Source of the DNA: Candidatus Latescibacterota bacterium
GTDB lineage: Bacteria > Latescibacterota > UBA2968 > UBA8231
Direction: 5' to 3'
Length of the DNA stretch: 64,000 nt
Assembly (NCBI GenBank): GCA_965248265.1
Contig: CBDFJF010000001.1
Location: 128,001-192,000 of the forward strand
Shown: piece after piece, positions 16,935 to 28,126 of the stretch
Layout of the letters: every line of letters starts with the position of its first letter
Numbering within the stretch: position 1 is the first letter of the stretch
The notes under the pieces: generated by a model
Databases searched by the model: none
What the model saw: only the letters and a program-made list of their open reading frames with translations
What the model was told of the DNA's origin: nothing
Position numbers and translations under genes: made by a program

Positions 16935-19823
16935 CTAGCGCCGGCGCGCGGAAAGCAGGCGCTCCAGCTCTCTGCGAGTCGCGGTCCGCGTCGAATCGAC
17001 TTCGAGGGCTGCTCTGTAGGCGTCGATGGCCTCATCCATCTTGCCCTGGGCCGCATAGACCTCACCGAGGTTGCTGAGGGTCGGGGCCAGTTCCGGTCTC
17101 AACCGTATGGCCCTCTGGTAGGTCTGCACGGCGGCTTCGAGTAGCCCCGACTCGAAATACGCCCGCCCCAAATCACTCAGGGCCTCCACGAGGCTCGGGT
17201 CGACTTCACCGGCTTTGATGTAGGCCTCTATGGCCCGCTCGAGATACCCCTTGTAGTGGAACGCTGCACCCATTCCATAGTGCGCCATACCGTGGCCGGG
17301 ATCGAGCTTGACGGCCTTCGCGAATGAGGCGAGGGCCGCGTCGAAACGCCCCTGCTTGACGTAGGCCCGGCCCAGGCGGTAGTGCCATTCCGTTACATCC
17401 GCGTACTGCTTGATCTTGTCCGTGTACAGGTCCACCTGGTCCTGCACACGCTGCAGCCGTTCGAAAATCCGTTGCTCCCGTTCAGACGTTTCGCGTTGTC
17501 CTTCAATCTCGTACAACCGGACCAGCTGCAGGTGCGGCGCCGGCGCGTAGGGAGCCACCTTCACCGCCCTCTTGAACGCTTTCTCCGCGGCCGCCGTGTT
17601 CCTGAGGCGCAGATAAGCGAGTCCCATCCGAGCATGACTCTGCCAGGGCGATGGCTCCAGGGCGATGGACCGCTTCAGTGATTCTATGGCCCTTTCAGGC
17701 TCGTTGAGACCCAGATAGACCGCCCCCAGGAGCGCCTGGATTTCCGCCCACGAGGAGTCCTGTTGGACCGCCTCTTCGAGGACAGATGCGGCTTCCCGGG
17801 GCCTACCCAGTCCGGCATGGAGAGTGACCCCGAGGGCGTAGTAGGCCTCCATGTAGTCGTGACGCAGCTGAATCGCACCCCTCAGCCAACCCAGGGCCTC
17901 CTCGTGACGTCCCTGGTCGTAGAGCCCGGTGCCGCGTGCGTAATGCTCATCCGCCGTCAAGCTGGCGTCCACGACGTAGGCATTCGGCTCCTCCGGCTCG
18001 GGCTCCGGCGCCGATGTCGTGACCTCAATCGCGACACGCTGCTGCTTCGCTCCCGGCCCGGCGTACATCGCAATCACATTTTCCACACCCTCCCGCACTA
18101 CGAGATAGTTGCGCAGCTGTGGATCCTCCAGCACCTGCTGACTCCCCGATGGCCAGCGAATCTCCACGCGGTCTACCCGCTCTTTCCCGCCCAGACCGAA
18201 GATCAACCGCGGATCGTGCTGCGACTGGAACCCGTATCCGCGATGCACCTCCCGCACCTGAGCCAACGTGCCGGCCACCACCCGTACCCGCGCTCCGATC
18301 GCGTCCCGGTTGCTCTGAACGCCCTCGAGTTGCAGACCGAACCAGTTGTTGCCGTTGCCGCCGTCGTTTTGCAGCAAGGACGGCTTGTCGTTCAAGTTCA
18401 TCAGCAGCACATCCACGTCGCCATCGTTGTCGTAGTCCCCGAGAGCCGCGGCCCTAGTCACCTTGTCGATGGACCAGCCGGGACCGGCCTTCTGCCCCGC
18501 TTCGGCAAAGCGGCCGTGCTCATTGTGATGGAGTAAGTTGCGCTGCGCATAACGCATGCCGGAGGGGTACTCCTCCAGCTGCGGATACAGATGCCCGCAG
18601 GCTGTGAACAGGTCAAGCCAGCCGTCGTTGTCGTAGTCGAAAAAGCCGTTGCTCCAACACAACAGAGGGCGCACCCTCTCGAACAGGCCGGCAGCGAACG
18701 TCATGTCCGCGAAAGTGCCCTCGCCCTGGTTCTGGTAGAGGGTGTTCACGTCGTCGGAGAAGTTGCTGACTACCAGGTCCAGATCCCCGTCGTTATCGTA
18801 GTCACCGCTGGCCACGCCCATGCCGGCCTGGCTCCTGCCGTCTTCGCTGTAGGCGACGCCGGCCACAACCCCAATCTCCGGCAATTGCCAGTCCCCGTCG
18901 TTGCGCAAAAGCAGATTGGGCGCCGTATCATTGGCCACGTAGATGTCGAGATCCCCGTCATCGTCGTAGTCGCCGAAGACTACCCCGAGTCCCGGATGGG
19001 CGACCCGGTCCAAGCCTGTGGCCGCGCTCATGTCCGTGAAGCTGCCGTCCTTGTTGTTGCGGTAGAGTACGTCCGGTTGGTGCGGCATGGCATCGGGACC
19101 GGCCATGACCTCGAGTCCCTTGTAGAGTGCGACACCCGGCGGGTTCGCCAGGTCGAACCCGAGATAGTTGGTGACGTACAGATCGACAAAGCCATCCCCG
19201 TCCACATCCCCGAAGGCCGCGCTCGATCCCCATCTCTCATCGGCCACACCGGCGCTCTCGGCGAGCTCGACGAAGCCGCCATCACCGTCGTTGCGATAGA
19301 GCCGGTTGGGTCCCCAGTAGGTCACGTAGAGGTCGGGATCCCCGTCATTGTCGTAGTCTCCCACGGCACAACCCATCCCCCAGCCGGTATGGCCGACGCC
19401 GGCCTCTTCTGTCACCTCCCGGAAGACCCGCCTTTGCTCGCCCTCCCGTCCTGGCGCTGCTCGATTGTGGTACAGTCTGTTCGTAGCACCTTCCACAGGA
19501 CCGTCCAGCCTCGTGCCGTTGACGACGAACAGATCCAGCCACCCGTCGACGTCGTAGTCCAGGAAGGCGGCCCCGGCCGACATGCTTTCCAGCACGTACA
19601 TCTGAGTCGGGCCGCCAGACACGTTCTCGAAATCCAGTCCCGCCTCCTCGCTCACATCCACGAACTGGACGTGCCCCTGTGTCGACACGCCATCCATCCC
19701 GCCGTCGTCCTGCCCCGAGCGTTTGGAACAACCCGGGACGAGGATAAGGCCGATAGTGATTATGTACAGCCTCTCAAGTAATTGCCGTCTGTAAGCGCAA
19801 CGACTCACGAGGCCGTGTGCCAT
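16935..19823 (-). CDS. CRTAC1-like FG-GAP + ASPIC/UnbV + TPR lipoprotein
   Basis: Lipobox-like LVPGC; many GDYDNDGDxD repeats; SNRDAIGARV...GFQSQ..RLIFGLG...RWPSG (ASPIC/UnbV); C-terminal TPRs. Confidence 0.88.
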   Translation of the reverse strand: MAHGLVSRCAYRRQLLERLYIITIGLILVPGCSKRSGQDDGGMDGVSTQGHVQFVDVSEEAGLDFENVSGGPTQMYVLESMSAGAAFLDYDVDGWLDLFVVNGTRLDGPVEGATNRLYHNRAAPGREGEQRRVFREVTEEAGVGHTGWGMGCAVGDYDNDGDPDLYVTYWGPNRLYRNDGDGGFVELAESAGVADERWGSSAAFGDVDGDGFVDLYVTNYLGFDLANPPGVALYKGLEVMAGPDAMPHQPDVLYRNNKDGSFTDMSAATGLDRVAHPGLGVVFGDYDDDGDLDIYVANDTAPNLLLRNDGDWQLPEIGVVAGVAYSEDGRSQAGMGVASGDYDNDGDLDLVVSNFSDDVNTLYQNQGEGTFADMTFAAGLFERVRPLLCWSNGFFDYDNDGWLDLFTACGHLYPQLEEYPSGMRYAQRNLLHHNEHGRFAEAGQKAGPGWSIDKVTRAAALGDYDNDGDVDVLLMNLNDKPSLLQNDGGNGNNWFGLQLEGVQSNRDAIGARVRVVAGTLAQVREVHRGYGFQSQHDPRLIFGLGGKERVDRVEIRWPSGSQQVLEDPQLRNYLVVREGVENVIAMYAGPGAKQQRVAIEVTTSAPEPEPEEPNAYVVDASLTADEHYARGTGLYDQGRHEEALGWLRGAIQLRHDYMEAYYALGVTLHAGLGRPREAASVLEEAVQQDSSWAEIQALLGAVYLGLNEPERAIESLKRSIALEPSPWQSHARMGLAYLRLRNTAAAEKAFKRAVKVAPYAPAPHLQLVRLYEIEGQRETSEREQRIFERLQRVQDQVDLYTDKIKQYADVTEWHYRLGRAYVKQGRFDAALASFAKAVKLDPGHGMAHYGMGAAFHYKGYLERAIEAYIKAGEVDPSLVEALSDLGRAYFESGLLEAAVQTYQRAIRLRPELAPTLSNLGEVYAAQGKMDEAIDAYRAALEVDSTRTATRRELERLLSARRR

Positions 19824-19946
19824 GTGTGACAGTCGCGATGTCCGATGGTTTGTGTGGTCGTGATGGGGATGCAGCGGTGTCGGGCCGGCTTGTCTCAGGC
19901 GGCAAAGTCGAGCTTGTCTCGCGGATGCGGCCGTGGCAGAAGATAC

Positions 19947-22867
19947 TTATCCGCTTTGAAGAGTTGCTTGGCCATTCTCAAAAATAGACTCCAGCCATTG
20001 CCAATAGGCTTTCATCTCATCCTGGTGCTTCTCAGACCTGCTCACCAAAAGCATATAGGAGTCAAAAACCTCTCTGGCCCCTTCTTTTTCGTTCATTTTA
20101 AACAATAAATATAACCTCAGCTGATAAGACTTCTCTTTATAGGTCCAATATCTTCCGAGAATCTCATAAAACTGCACGGCCAATGCGAATTGACGCTGTA
20201 CAATCATGCCCGTTGCCAAGTGATTTGTCATATTCAGTAGTTCCTCCACAACATTGACTCGTTTTTCCCTCTTTTCCAGCGCGATAAGCTCAGCCAGTGC
20301 CTTAGGTGCTTGACCATAACTCATGTTTTCTTCATTCAGCACCTCTACTAATATGCGTTGAATAAACACATCGGAATTCAGCAAAGAGAAAATTTCGTAA
20401 TCTGTAGTATGCGGATTTGATAAGATCCAGTGCAGTTTTTCAATTCTTTTAAATGGTGTTTCATGGTTTAAGTTATGGATAGTACGCTTGGCTGAGAAAT
20501 GTGGCCTCGTCTTTTGCTGTATCTCTTGTGGCCAAATAAGATCAATATCTTTACTATCAAGAAAGATATTCACAATGGACGGATCTGCTATAAACGGGCT
20601 ATAAACCTGCGCCATTTGTTTCTTGGATTGCTCCATATCAATTGATAATCGTTTCGGATAATTATCCGTCAGCGGTTTTGCGTTCTCCAGCCATTGTTCA
20701 ATGCGTGCTCGATCCGCGATAAAATTTGATCCTAATTCCTCTGGAGAGTGCATACCCAATGCTCTCATTTCAAGGGATACTTCTTTGTCTTTCCACTGTC
20801 TCACAAACTGCTCCAATGGGACTGACCTTTTCGGCCTCTTGATTCCAACCATCATCCAATTGTAACCGCCGCCATCCCATAATGTGCAATGTTCAAAGAC
20901 ATTGCAAAATCCTCTGAGAATAGATTTGCTGCTTGTCAAACTCATTTGCGTTACCGGCAGCCAATAGGTCACGATTCCCTGATCGTTAAGTTTATCGTAA
21001 GCAAGCTGAAAATAATCCTCCGTATATAAATTATCTATCCCCTTATATGGTGGTGGTGGCGGCTCGCCTGTGATCAAATCGTACTTTTTCTTCGTAGTCT
21101 GTAAAAAGAACCTTCCATCCTCAACATGAACAGTAACACGCGGATCATGAACCGGATTATCTTTATTTTTCGGAAAAATATGCTTGCTCATCCTAAAGAC
21201 ATCATTTGATATATCAACAAAATCTATCTCTTCAATAGACTTAGTGTCCGTCAAGGCTTTGGCTGTTTGTCCGGCTCCAAAGCAGATAAGAGCTGCCCTC
21301 TCAATATGTGGATGAATGGCAACAGGCAAATAGACATACATCTTCATATAACGCCTGGGTAAGAAGCGCGTCGACGACATAGGGTGTCCATTCGTAATCA
21401 ATCGGACATAATGTGTAAATCCGAAAAATGATCTTCTCAAATATTGAATGGTTTCCGTCAATCCTTCCCTGACAGCAATACGCCTCTCACCGAGCTGCTT
21501 GTATGTCTTGGTGGGAATATCAAGATACTTTTCAATGGTGCCATGAGGGAAAAATATAAGTATCGGCGCAATACACACGGCATAAACCTTGAGGGTATTC
21601 TCTATACTCAGATAGTTCCCCTTAAGCTCAAACATGCTTCCTGCCAACAGAACATAACCAACTCCAAGAATGATAAGGGATGTCTCTATTCCGAATTGTG
21701 GAACAAAAACACTCCCGGCAACAAGCGCACCAATCATACTTCCGAAAGTATTACAAAATGTTAGCACACCCGTTGCAGCCGCATCATTGTTAACATGTTT
21801 GTGTATCAATTGTCCCAGTAGGGGAAATACTATTCCTGAACAGATGGCAATGGGACAGGCAAGAAAGAGCGCCGTTATGACAATACCGAAAGGATGGGTT
21901 TTGGGCACATTGCTATAGACCCACGTAAAAATGTGGATATATCCTACATATGTCAGAATGACGAAAATTCCTGCACTAAGGAGGCTATAGCTTACCGCGT
22001 TTTTTAGTGATACCATCTTGCTCAATTTTGATCCAACAAATCCCCCAATACTTATCCCTAATAACACGACAGCCAAGATTATAGCAAAGAATAAGCTGAA
22101 GGCATTCATAGACAATAGCATAAATCGAATCCAGATCATCTCTAGCGCTAAGAAAATTAAACCTGAGAAAAAACTGACAACAAGGATTCTTAAAGGAAGG
22201 TCTTTTTTCAATCGCAGGAAATGAATATGAACTTTTTCCTTTTGTTCAACTATCCTTTTCCCAAATTGAATAAATACAACTAGAGCTATTATCAGATTTA
22301 TACTCACAGCCACCAAGCCCGATCCAAAAATACCTAAGAGCTGCACTAAAGATAATTCCGGAACCAGTACTCCGACGACAGCCCCTAAAGTATTCAATCC
22401 ATACAATAGGCCTAGGGACGATCCAAAATCTTTTCTAAAATCATTCAGCGCAGCTACGAATACAGGCAATGTCGCTCCCATAGCCGTCGTCGGAACAAGC
22501 AACAAGCCGAAGGCAAGAAGAAATCTTAGTGAGTTCAGCTTTATTGGTTGATCTAAGAATTGTTGAAAGAGTTGGGCAAAAGATTGATTAAGGAGTGGAA
22601 AAAATATGAGAATACACAGTGCGCTGGCTGCAATAATGATCTCAAGAACACCATAAAGAAATAACGGCCTTTTGATCCTCTGGCCCCAAATCATCGTCGC
22701 TAAATTTCCCAGGGCTATCCCGCCCATAAAGCTTGCCAAGACAATGGCAGCCGCCCAGACACTATTGCCGAAGACGAGCCCTGTTAATCGAAACCAGATA
22801 TATTCATAAATGAGTGCAGCCACACCGGAGAGCAAAAAATGATGTAGAGGGAAATGCGATTAGTCAT
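19947..22867 (-). CDS. Second fused multi-TM / spermidine synthase-like protein; AT-rich; 1-nt frameshift near start
   Basis: ORF 19947..22835 with LSGVAALIYE, PTTAMGATLP, CFGAGQT, EDGR, YDLITGEPPPP; ATG at 22867 is out of frame across a T6 run. Confidence 0.8.
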
Positions 22868-22887
22868 GAATAAAAAGTTGCTGATTG

Positions 22888-23140
22888 CTAGTGGATAGTT
22901 TGTACAGTGATAGTAATTGCCTGACAGTCGCCCTGCTCGGGCGAATGGTTAGGCTGCCGTGTTTTGGGTGTTTTCGACTCCTTGTTTGGCGGGATTCCAG
23001 CCCCTTCTTGAATGCGGCCGAAGGTCATGCCGTTCATGTTCCGGCCCTGATGCGAATGCTTTTCGTCGTACTTGACGAGGAAAACATCCAGGTCTTTCTG
23101 CATGTCGTCAACGGTCTCGTACCACGTCTTGCGTCCGACT
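22888..23140 (-). mobile_element. IS481-family transposase 3' remnant
   Basis: GRKTWYETVDDMQKDLDVFLVKYDEKHSHQGRNMNG tail; TGT end at about 22901. Confidence 0.65.
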
Positions 23141-23329
23141 ACACGAATGCTCGTCGAGTAGGGTCCCCGGCGGCGAAAACGGACCCGAGGTGCGGTCCAA
23201 GTCCACCCATCATCCCTGTCCTCATCGACTGTCCTGGTGCCAGTTACTGGCGCGCGTGTTTTCGATTGACGTTTCAGAATGTCCCGACTGGGGGTGCAGA
23301 TGAAAGGGAAGTTTGCCAAAGGCAAGCTT

Positions 23330-23460
23330 TGAGAGACCGGTCTCCATTGTTGCTACCCTGACGGACCCCGCCTCGATTCGGTCATACCTCGAGGGCATCG
23401 GCCGGGGCGACCGCCACCTACCGCACCCGCACGACCTTCGCCCAGCACGAGCTCGATTAG
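23330..23460 (+). mobile_element. IS91-family transposase C-terminal remnant
   Basis: IVATLTDPASIRSYLEGIG...P.P....PAR tail. Confidence 0.55.
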
Positions 23461-23617
23461 GTGCAGCACCGGATTGTGTGCACGGGCGCGCCAGCTGCAA
23501 GGTGAGGCCGGTGTCCCGTAGCCGTTTGTCACGTTTGAGGCAGCTCGTCACTGCACATAATTCGAAGGGGTCGTAGGCTGTCTCTACCGCGCGATTGACG
23601 CGGGAAAGGAGGCAGCT

Positions 23618-24133
23618 ATGACACTCGAAGACATCGTGCGCTCACCCGAGCCGCTATCACCAGCCTGGTCGCTCGGGCTTTTGCCAAGACGGGCGTGCCC
23701 TCGCCCCACCACGGTCCTCATGCCCTGCGTCATGCCTGGGCCACACGCATGCTTGAAGAGGGCGCCCACTCAAGACCATCGCCGATCTACTCGGCCACCG
23801 CAGCTTGGAGACCACTCGCATCTACACGAAGGTAAATGTAGGCCAGCTACGCACGGTGTCCTTGCCGTGGCCGGAGGAGGTGGTCTCATGAGCCGTCCGA
23901 CATTCACCAGCGCGCTGGCCCCCACCCTCCGGTCTTTCACCGAAACGCGACAGGCCCTCGGGTACGGCGACCGATACATCGTCGACAACCTTGCGCATTT
24001 CGACCGTTACCTCACGGCTCGCAGTTGGACGCTGGCGTATCTCACACGAGACGTGGTCGAAGACTGGGTCGCCTCGAACGCCGCCCTCAAGCCTCGCACC
24101 CGCGCCCTGCGCCTGCGTAGGTGGCGCCTGTGA
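23618..24133 (+). mobile_element. RIT-like tandem tyrosine recombinase remnant
   Basis: Frameshifted GPHALRHAWATRML / LKTIADLLGHRSLETTRIYTKV...LPWP* overlaps (ATGA, 23888-23891) a truncated second recombinase N-terminus MSRPTFTSALA...RQALGY. Confidence 0.7.
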
Positions 24134-24234
24134 AACGCTTCGCCAGACTCGCGACAGTGTGCTGAGTACTCGCGACACCGGCGCTCAGACCTTCTCCGCC
24201 AAAAAGGGTCTTTGTGCGTCCTATCCGTCTCACC

Positions 24235-24420
24235 GTCGCTGTCGTCGATGCACAGGCGCAGATCGCGCCGCGCCGCCAGCTCGGCCAGGGATTCCAGGGC
24301 ATGAGAGAAACGCGCCAGCGCCGTCGCACTCGTATCGAGACCGGGTACCAGGTACGCGGTGGAAGCCTGCAGGTGGGCCGCGTGGTCCAGCCCATGGACG
24401 GCGTGCTCGATCGCGGCGCC
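24235..24420 (-). pseudogene. Sugar phosphate isomerase/epimerase (TIM barrel) internal fragment
   Basis: AAHLQASTAYLVPG...LESLAELAARRDLRLCI resembles AP-endonuclease-2 family helices. Confidence 0.35.
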
Positions 24421-24622
24421 TTTGGAAGACGTGCATCCGACGGCGGTAGAGGCTACGAACTGGGGACTCATCAAGGCTGCCGGTGCGCACCGTGTGCCTT
24501 GGGTGACAGTCGCGGTGTTTTTGTGTATTGTGTGACTGATGACAGAACGCACCTGGCTCGAAAATACTGTGTGCTGCGCCTATAGGCACGGCGCCATTTG
24601 ACGAAGGTCGTCAGTTGCAAGA

Positions 24623-26713
24623 ATGAGTGCCGCTCTGCGTTGCCTGCTCCTGCTTGCGCTCCTCTTTTCCCTGCCGCGATCCGGGTCTGCGCTGGAGACC
24701 TTCACAACCGGAGAGGGCGGACAGCTCGACTGGCACGGTGAAGGAATCGCGCCGATCGACATCATCGCTGCGGTGCATCGCGATTTCCTCAATCGCCGCA
24801 CAAGGGGTCGCGACAGCCTCGTGGTGGGAAATGCGCCCGGGAACCTGATCGGATTCGACACAGCGGATTCCCCGAATGCCGTTCACATCCTGCGCATCGG
24901 GGATGGTGAGAACATCGCCCTCGGCACAATTGAGCGACGTGGCAGTATTCGGTCACCCAATGTCGCCTTTCTTCCGCCAGGCACGCTCGAGGAGCTCATT
25001 TCGGACGAGCCGGAGGGGCTGTTGGAGGCGTTCGAACGCAAGAGTCCCGAAAACCCTCTGGGCATTATCATCTTTCTCGACCTCGGGGCGCGCTTGGGCG
25101 TCGAGAAAATCCGCTTTTATCCCCGCAACACCATGCACTCATCCCCAACCACTCCCTTCGAGATCGACTTCCTGCGGGCTTTCGACCTATCCGTCAACGA
25201 CGGGATCACCCTGACGAAAAGCGGGAGTCCGATTTGGGGTGTGCCTCTGGTGTCGGAAGAAGACAACCAGGATGCCGTTGTGGTGGTGGAGCTGGACCCA
25301 CCAAGGGTGATCCGACACATACGCCTCATCTCTCGCTCGCCCGTCGACTTCGAGATCGACGAGCTCGAAGTGATCGGCAAGGGCTTCCTGCCTTCTGCTC
25401 GCTACATCTCCGATATCTTCGATGCCGGACTTCCCGTTGTGTGGGGAAACCTGCGCTGGACTGAAACCGTGATCGGCGATCCCAGGTACTCCAGGCTGGC
25501 AATTCGGACGCGTACCGGAAGCGATTCCTCCTACTTCGTCTACAACCGCAAGCGGGTCGGCGATCCACTGGCTCCAGAGATAGCCACCTCCGTGCAGGAC
25601 CCGATGCGTGAAATGGATCTGGCCGAGTATCTGGGCCATTGGCCGCAGCGCGACAGCAGAAACCGCGACTGGACAGCCGGTTCCGTGACCGACGATCAGG
25701 TCAACTGGAGTGGGTTCAGCGCCCCTTTCCCGGAGCATGCTGCCAACGGGCCCGGGCTGCCCGTGCGCTCTCCCAGTCCCCGTCAATACTTCCAGTTTCA
25801 GGTTGACTTTCTCAGCAGCGATCTGGAGGCCACCCGCGTTCTTCGGTCCGTCTCCCTTGATCTGCTGAGGCCGTCCATGGCCGATTCCCTCATCGCCGAG
25901 ATCTACCCGCGAGAGGTCGAGGTGTCCGAGGTCGCTTCCTTCACCTATGCCGTGCGCACGTGCATGCGGATCGACGGCGTCCTCGGTTTCGACATCATCG
26001 AGGTCCGCACACCCGCCAGAGTGCACAGCATCGATGCGGTGAGCATATCAGATTCGAACGGAGAACCTGTAGCGGCCCGCGAGTTCGCCGGTATCGACGA
26101 TCCCTCCACAACCGCCGGAATTGCGATCCTCTCGGTGGCTGAAGACCGGTTCAGTCTCAGCCTTCCCCCTGTCCGGGAAGACGACACGCTCATACTGATT
26201 CAATTCAGCGCCGAGGTCCTGACCTATAGCACGACCTTTGCCGGATCGGTCAGACTCACCGACGAGCCGGACATCGCGCAGGCTGTCACCTCGGGGGATG
26301 CGACATCTCTTGGAGAGGACGATGATCCCGACTTTTCCGGCACGACGGTTCTGAGTCCTCTTGTGCTGACGGGGGGACAGTTGCTCGGCCAGTTGTTCGA
26401 CGATGTGGAGCTGGCGCCCAATCCCTTCACACCGAATGGGGACGGTGTCAACGACGAGCTTTCATTGCGCTACAGCCTGCTTTCTCTTGCAGCCGCCCGT
26501 CCCGTCGGTATCAGCGTCCACGATTTGAGCGGCCGACTCGTACGAGTCATTCACGACGGCCCCGAGCGCAGCGGCCGTTACCGCGACAAGACCTGGGATG
26601 GACTGGATGCCTGGGGTCAGCTGGTCCCGCCGGGACTGTACATCGTGCGAATCTCGGTGGCAGGAGACGCCCTTGCAGAGGAACAAGCCCGGGTAGTAGC
26701 GGTCACGTATTGA
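24623..26713 (+). CDS. Secreted discoidin-like protein with C-terminal FlgD-Ig domain (third family member)
   Basis: Signal peptide; LDLG..IRFYPR; WG.LRW, IRTRTG, SPSPRQYFQ; PNPFTPNGDGVND...WDGLDAWGQLVPPGLY. Confidence 0.82.
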   Translation: MSAALRCLLLLALLFSLPRSGSALETFTTGEGGQLDWHGEGIAPIDIIAAVHRDFLNRRTRGRDSLVVGNAPGNLIGFDTADSPNAVHILRIGDGENIALGTIERRGSIRSPNVAFLPPGTLEELISDEPEGLLEAFERKSPENPLGIIIFLDLGARLGVEKIRFYPRNTMHSSPTTPFEIDFLRAFDLSVNDGITLTKSGSPIWGVPLVSEEDNQDAVVVVELDPPRVIRHIRLISRSPVDFEIDELEVIGKGFLPSARYISDIFDAGLPVVWGNLRWTETVIGDPRYSRLAIRTRTGSDSSYFVYNRKRVGDPLAPEIATSVQDPMREMDLAEYLGHWPQRDSRNRDWTAGSVTDDQVNWSGFSAPFPEHAANGPGLPVRSPSPRQYFQFQVDFLSSDLEATRVLRSVSLDLLRPSMADSLIAEIYPREVEVSEVASFTYAVRTCMRIDGVLGFDIIEVRTPARVHSIDAVSISDSNGEPVAAREFAGIDDPSTTAGIAILSVAEDRFSLSLPPVREDDTLILIQFSAEVLTYSTTFAGSVRLTDEPDIAQAVTSGDATSLGEDDDPDFSGTTVLSPLVLTGGQLLGQLFDDVELAPNPFTPNGDGVNDELSLRYSLLSLAAARPVGISVHDLSGRLVRVIHDGPERSGRYRDKTWDGLDAWGQLVPPGLYIVRISVAGDALAEEQARVVAVTY

Positions 26714-26779
26714 ACAAGGCCGATGTATAGCGCTCTATGGTTTTCTTGGACACTTTAGGAGTTGAAGGGCGCTCGTTGA

Positions 26780-27030
26780 AAGCAGGGGTCGATGTTGCGT
26801 CTCCTGCCCCGGTGGGGACCTTGAGCTGGTGTCCCGAGAGTTGGGTGTGACGGCGGCGACCCTGAGTGGTTGGCGGGAGCAGGTCCTTGGGTCATCACCG
26901 AAGGGCCCGACGAGATGTGGGGCACCGACATGGTCACCACCGTGACCTCCCAGGAGGGCACGGGCACGGCCTTCGTCACCCGTCGACCACTGTAGCTCGG
27001 AGCGCATCGGCATCCATGCAGCGTCCACAC
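26780..27030 (+). mobile_element. IS3-family remnant with internal deletion
   Basis: DLELVSRELGVTAATLSGWREQ (OrfA HTH) joined to PDEMWGTDM...TAFV (integrase core start). Confidence 0.6.
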
Positions 27031-27034
27031 GCGC

Positions 27035-27748
27035 TCAGGGTGTTCTCTTGAAGTAGGCTTCCCATTCTTCCAGCGGTTCAAAGCCCAGAATCCTTTTGGC
27101 CTTGTCTATGCAAAATTTCCCGTGGCCTACATAACTCAGCATGTTGAAGGCCTGGAAGTTGTCGGGCACCGACTCGATCTCCAGGGCTAGCCGACAGGCG
27201 TGCTGCAAGTCTTCCCAGAGGATCCAAAAGGTCTGGAAGTCTTCCCCGGATATCTTTTTCGTGGGTTTGGGGCCCAGGCCGGCAAAGAGAAAGCAGATGG
27301 TTTGTATGCCATACGCGCGAGCGTAGATTTGGCAAATCTCCATGCTGAGCAACTTGGTTAGCTTGTAGTATCCGGTCCCTGCCGCTGGGGGTACATCGAC
27401 GATGTCAAAATCGTGCTCATAGGCTGGGAGAACCAACATCGGACCGGTGTGGATGACCTTTTTGATGCCGTGCTCAGCCGCGGCCTTCATGACGTGCCAG
27501 GCGCCCTGGGTATTGACGTGGAAGCTCTGCACCGGATCATGGCGGACCACGGTGAAGTTCATGATGGCATCCATGCCGCGGGCAGCTTCGAAGACCTGCT
27601 CATAAGAGGCAATATCCACCGTAGTAACGGGCTTGCCCTTTGGGTTAGGTTTGATATCGGCCAGACGGAGATCGTAGTATGGTTCCAGGCCCGGAAGCAG
27701 ATATGGGGCGATCAGGCCAGAGGCTCCGAGAAGTAGGACTTTTTTCAT
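27035..27748 (-). CDS. NAD-dependent epimerase/dehydratase (uronate dehydrogenase-like)
   Basis: GASGLIA Rossmann motif, YKLTK catalytic motif, GAGG RBS. Confidence 0.85.
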   Translation of the reverse strand: MKKVLLLGASGLIAPYLLPGLEPYYDLRLADIKPNPKGKPVTTVDIASYEQVFEAARGMDAIMNFTVVRHDPVQSFHVNTQGAWHVMKAAAEHGIKKVIHTGPMLVLPAYEHDFDIVDVPPAAGTGYYKLTKLLSMEICQIYARAYGIQTICFLFAGLGPKPTKKISGEDFQTFWILWEDLQHACRLALEIESVPDNFQAFNMLSYVGHGKFCIDKAKRILGFEPLEEWEAYFKRTP

Positions 27749-28126
27749 GATATCCTCAACCTTTTGAGGTTGGCTTTTTTATCGTTCAGAACCAGTTTGT
27801 CCAATTATGACGCCGCATGCCACCGGTGTCTGTGTGTGGGCGAGACCCCGCTCGACGAACTCGGCGCAGCGCTTCTATAGACGTTGGCTGGGAGGGACTG
27901 CGCATACGACGTGGCTCGACGATCGGGCCAGGGATGCCGTCGGAATGAACAGCCTGTCCTGCGTGGAGCGACCTGCAGAACCCAGCTCAGGCGCATCGGC
28001 GTAGAGCGCTACGAAGAGCTTTGCAACACCGCGTACCAGCGCGCCAAGTAGTGCGGGCGCCTCACGCGCAGCTCGCACGGTTTCGCGATGAGGGCGGCCA
28101 AGCGGCCGCCCTTCTTGGGTCGCGCG

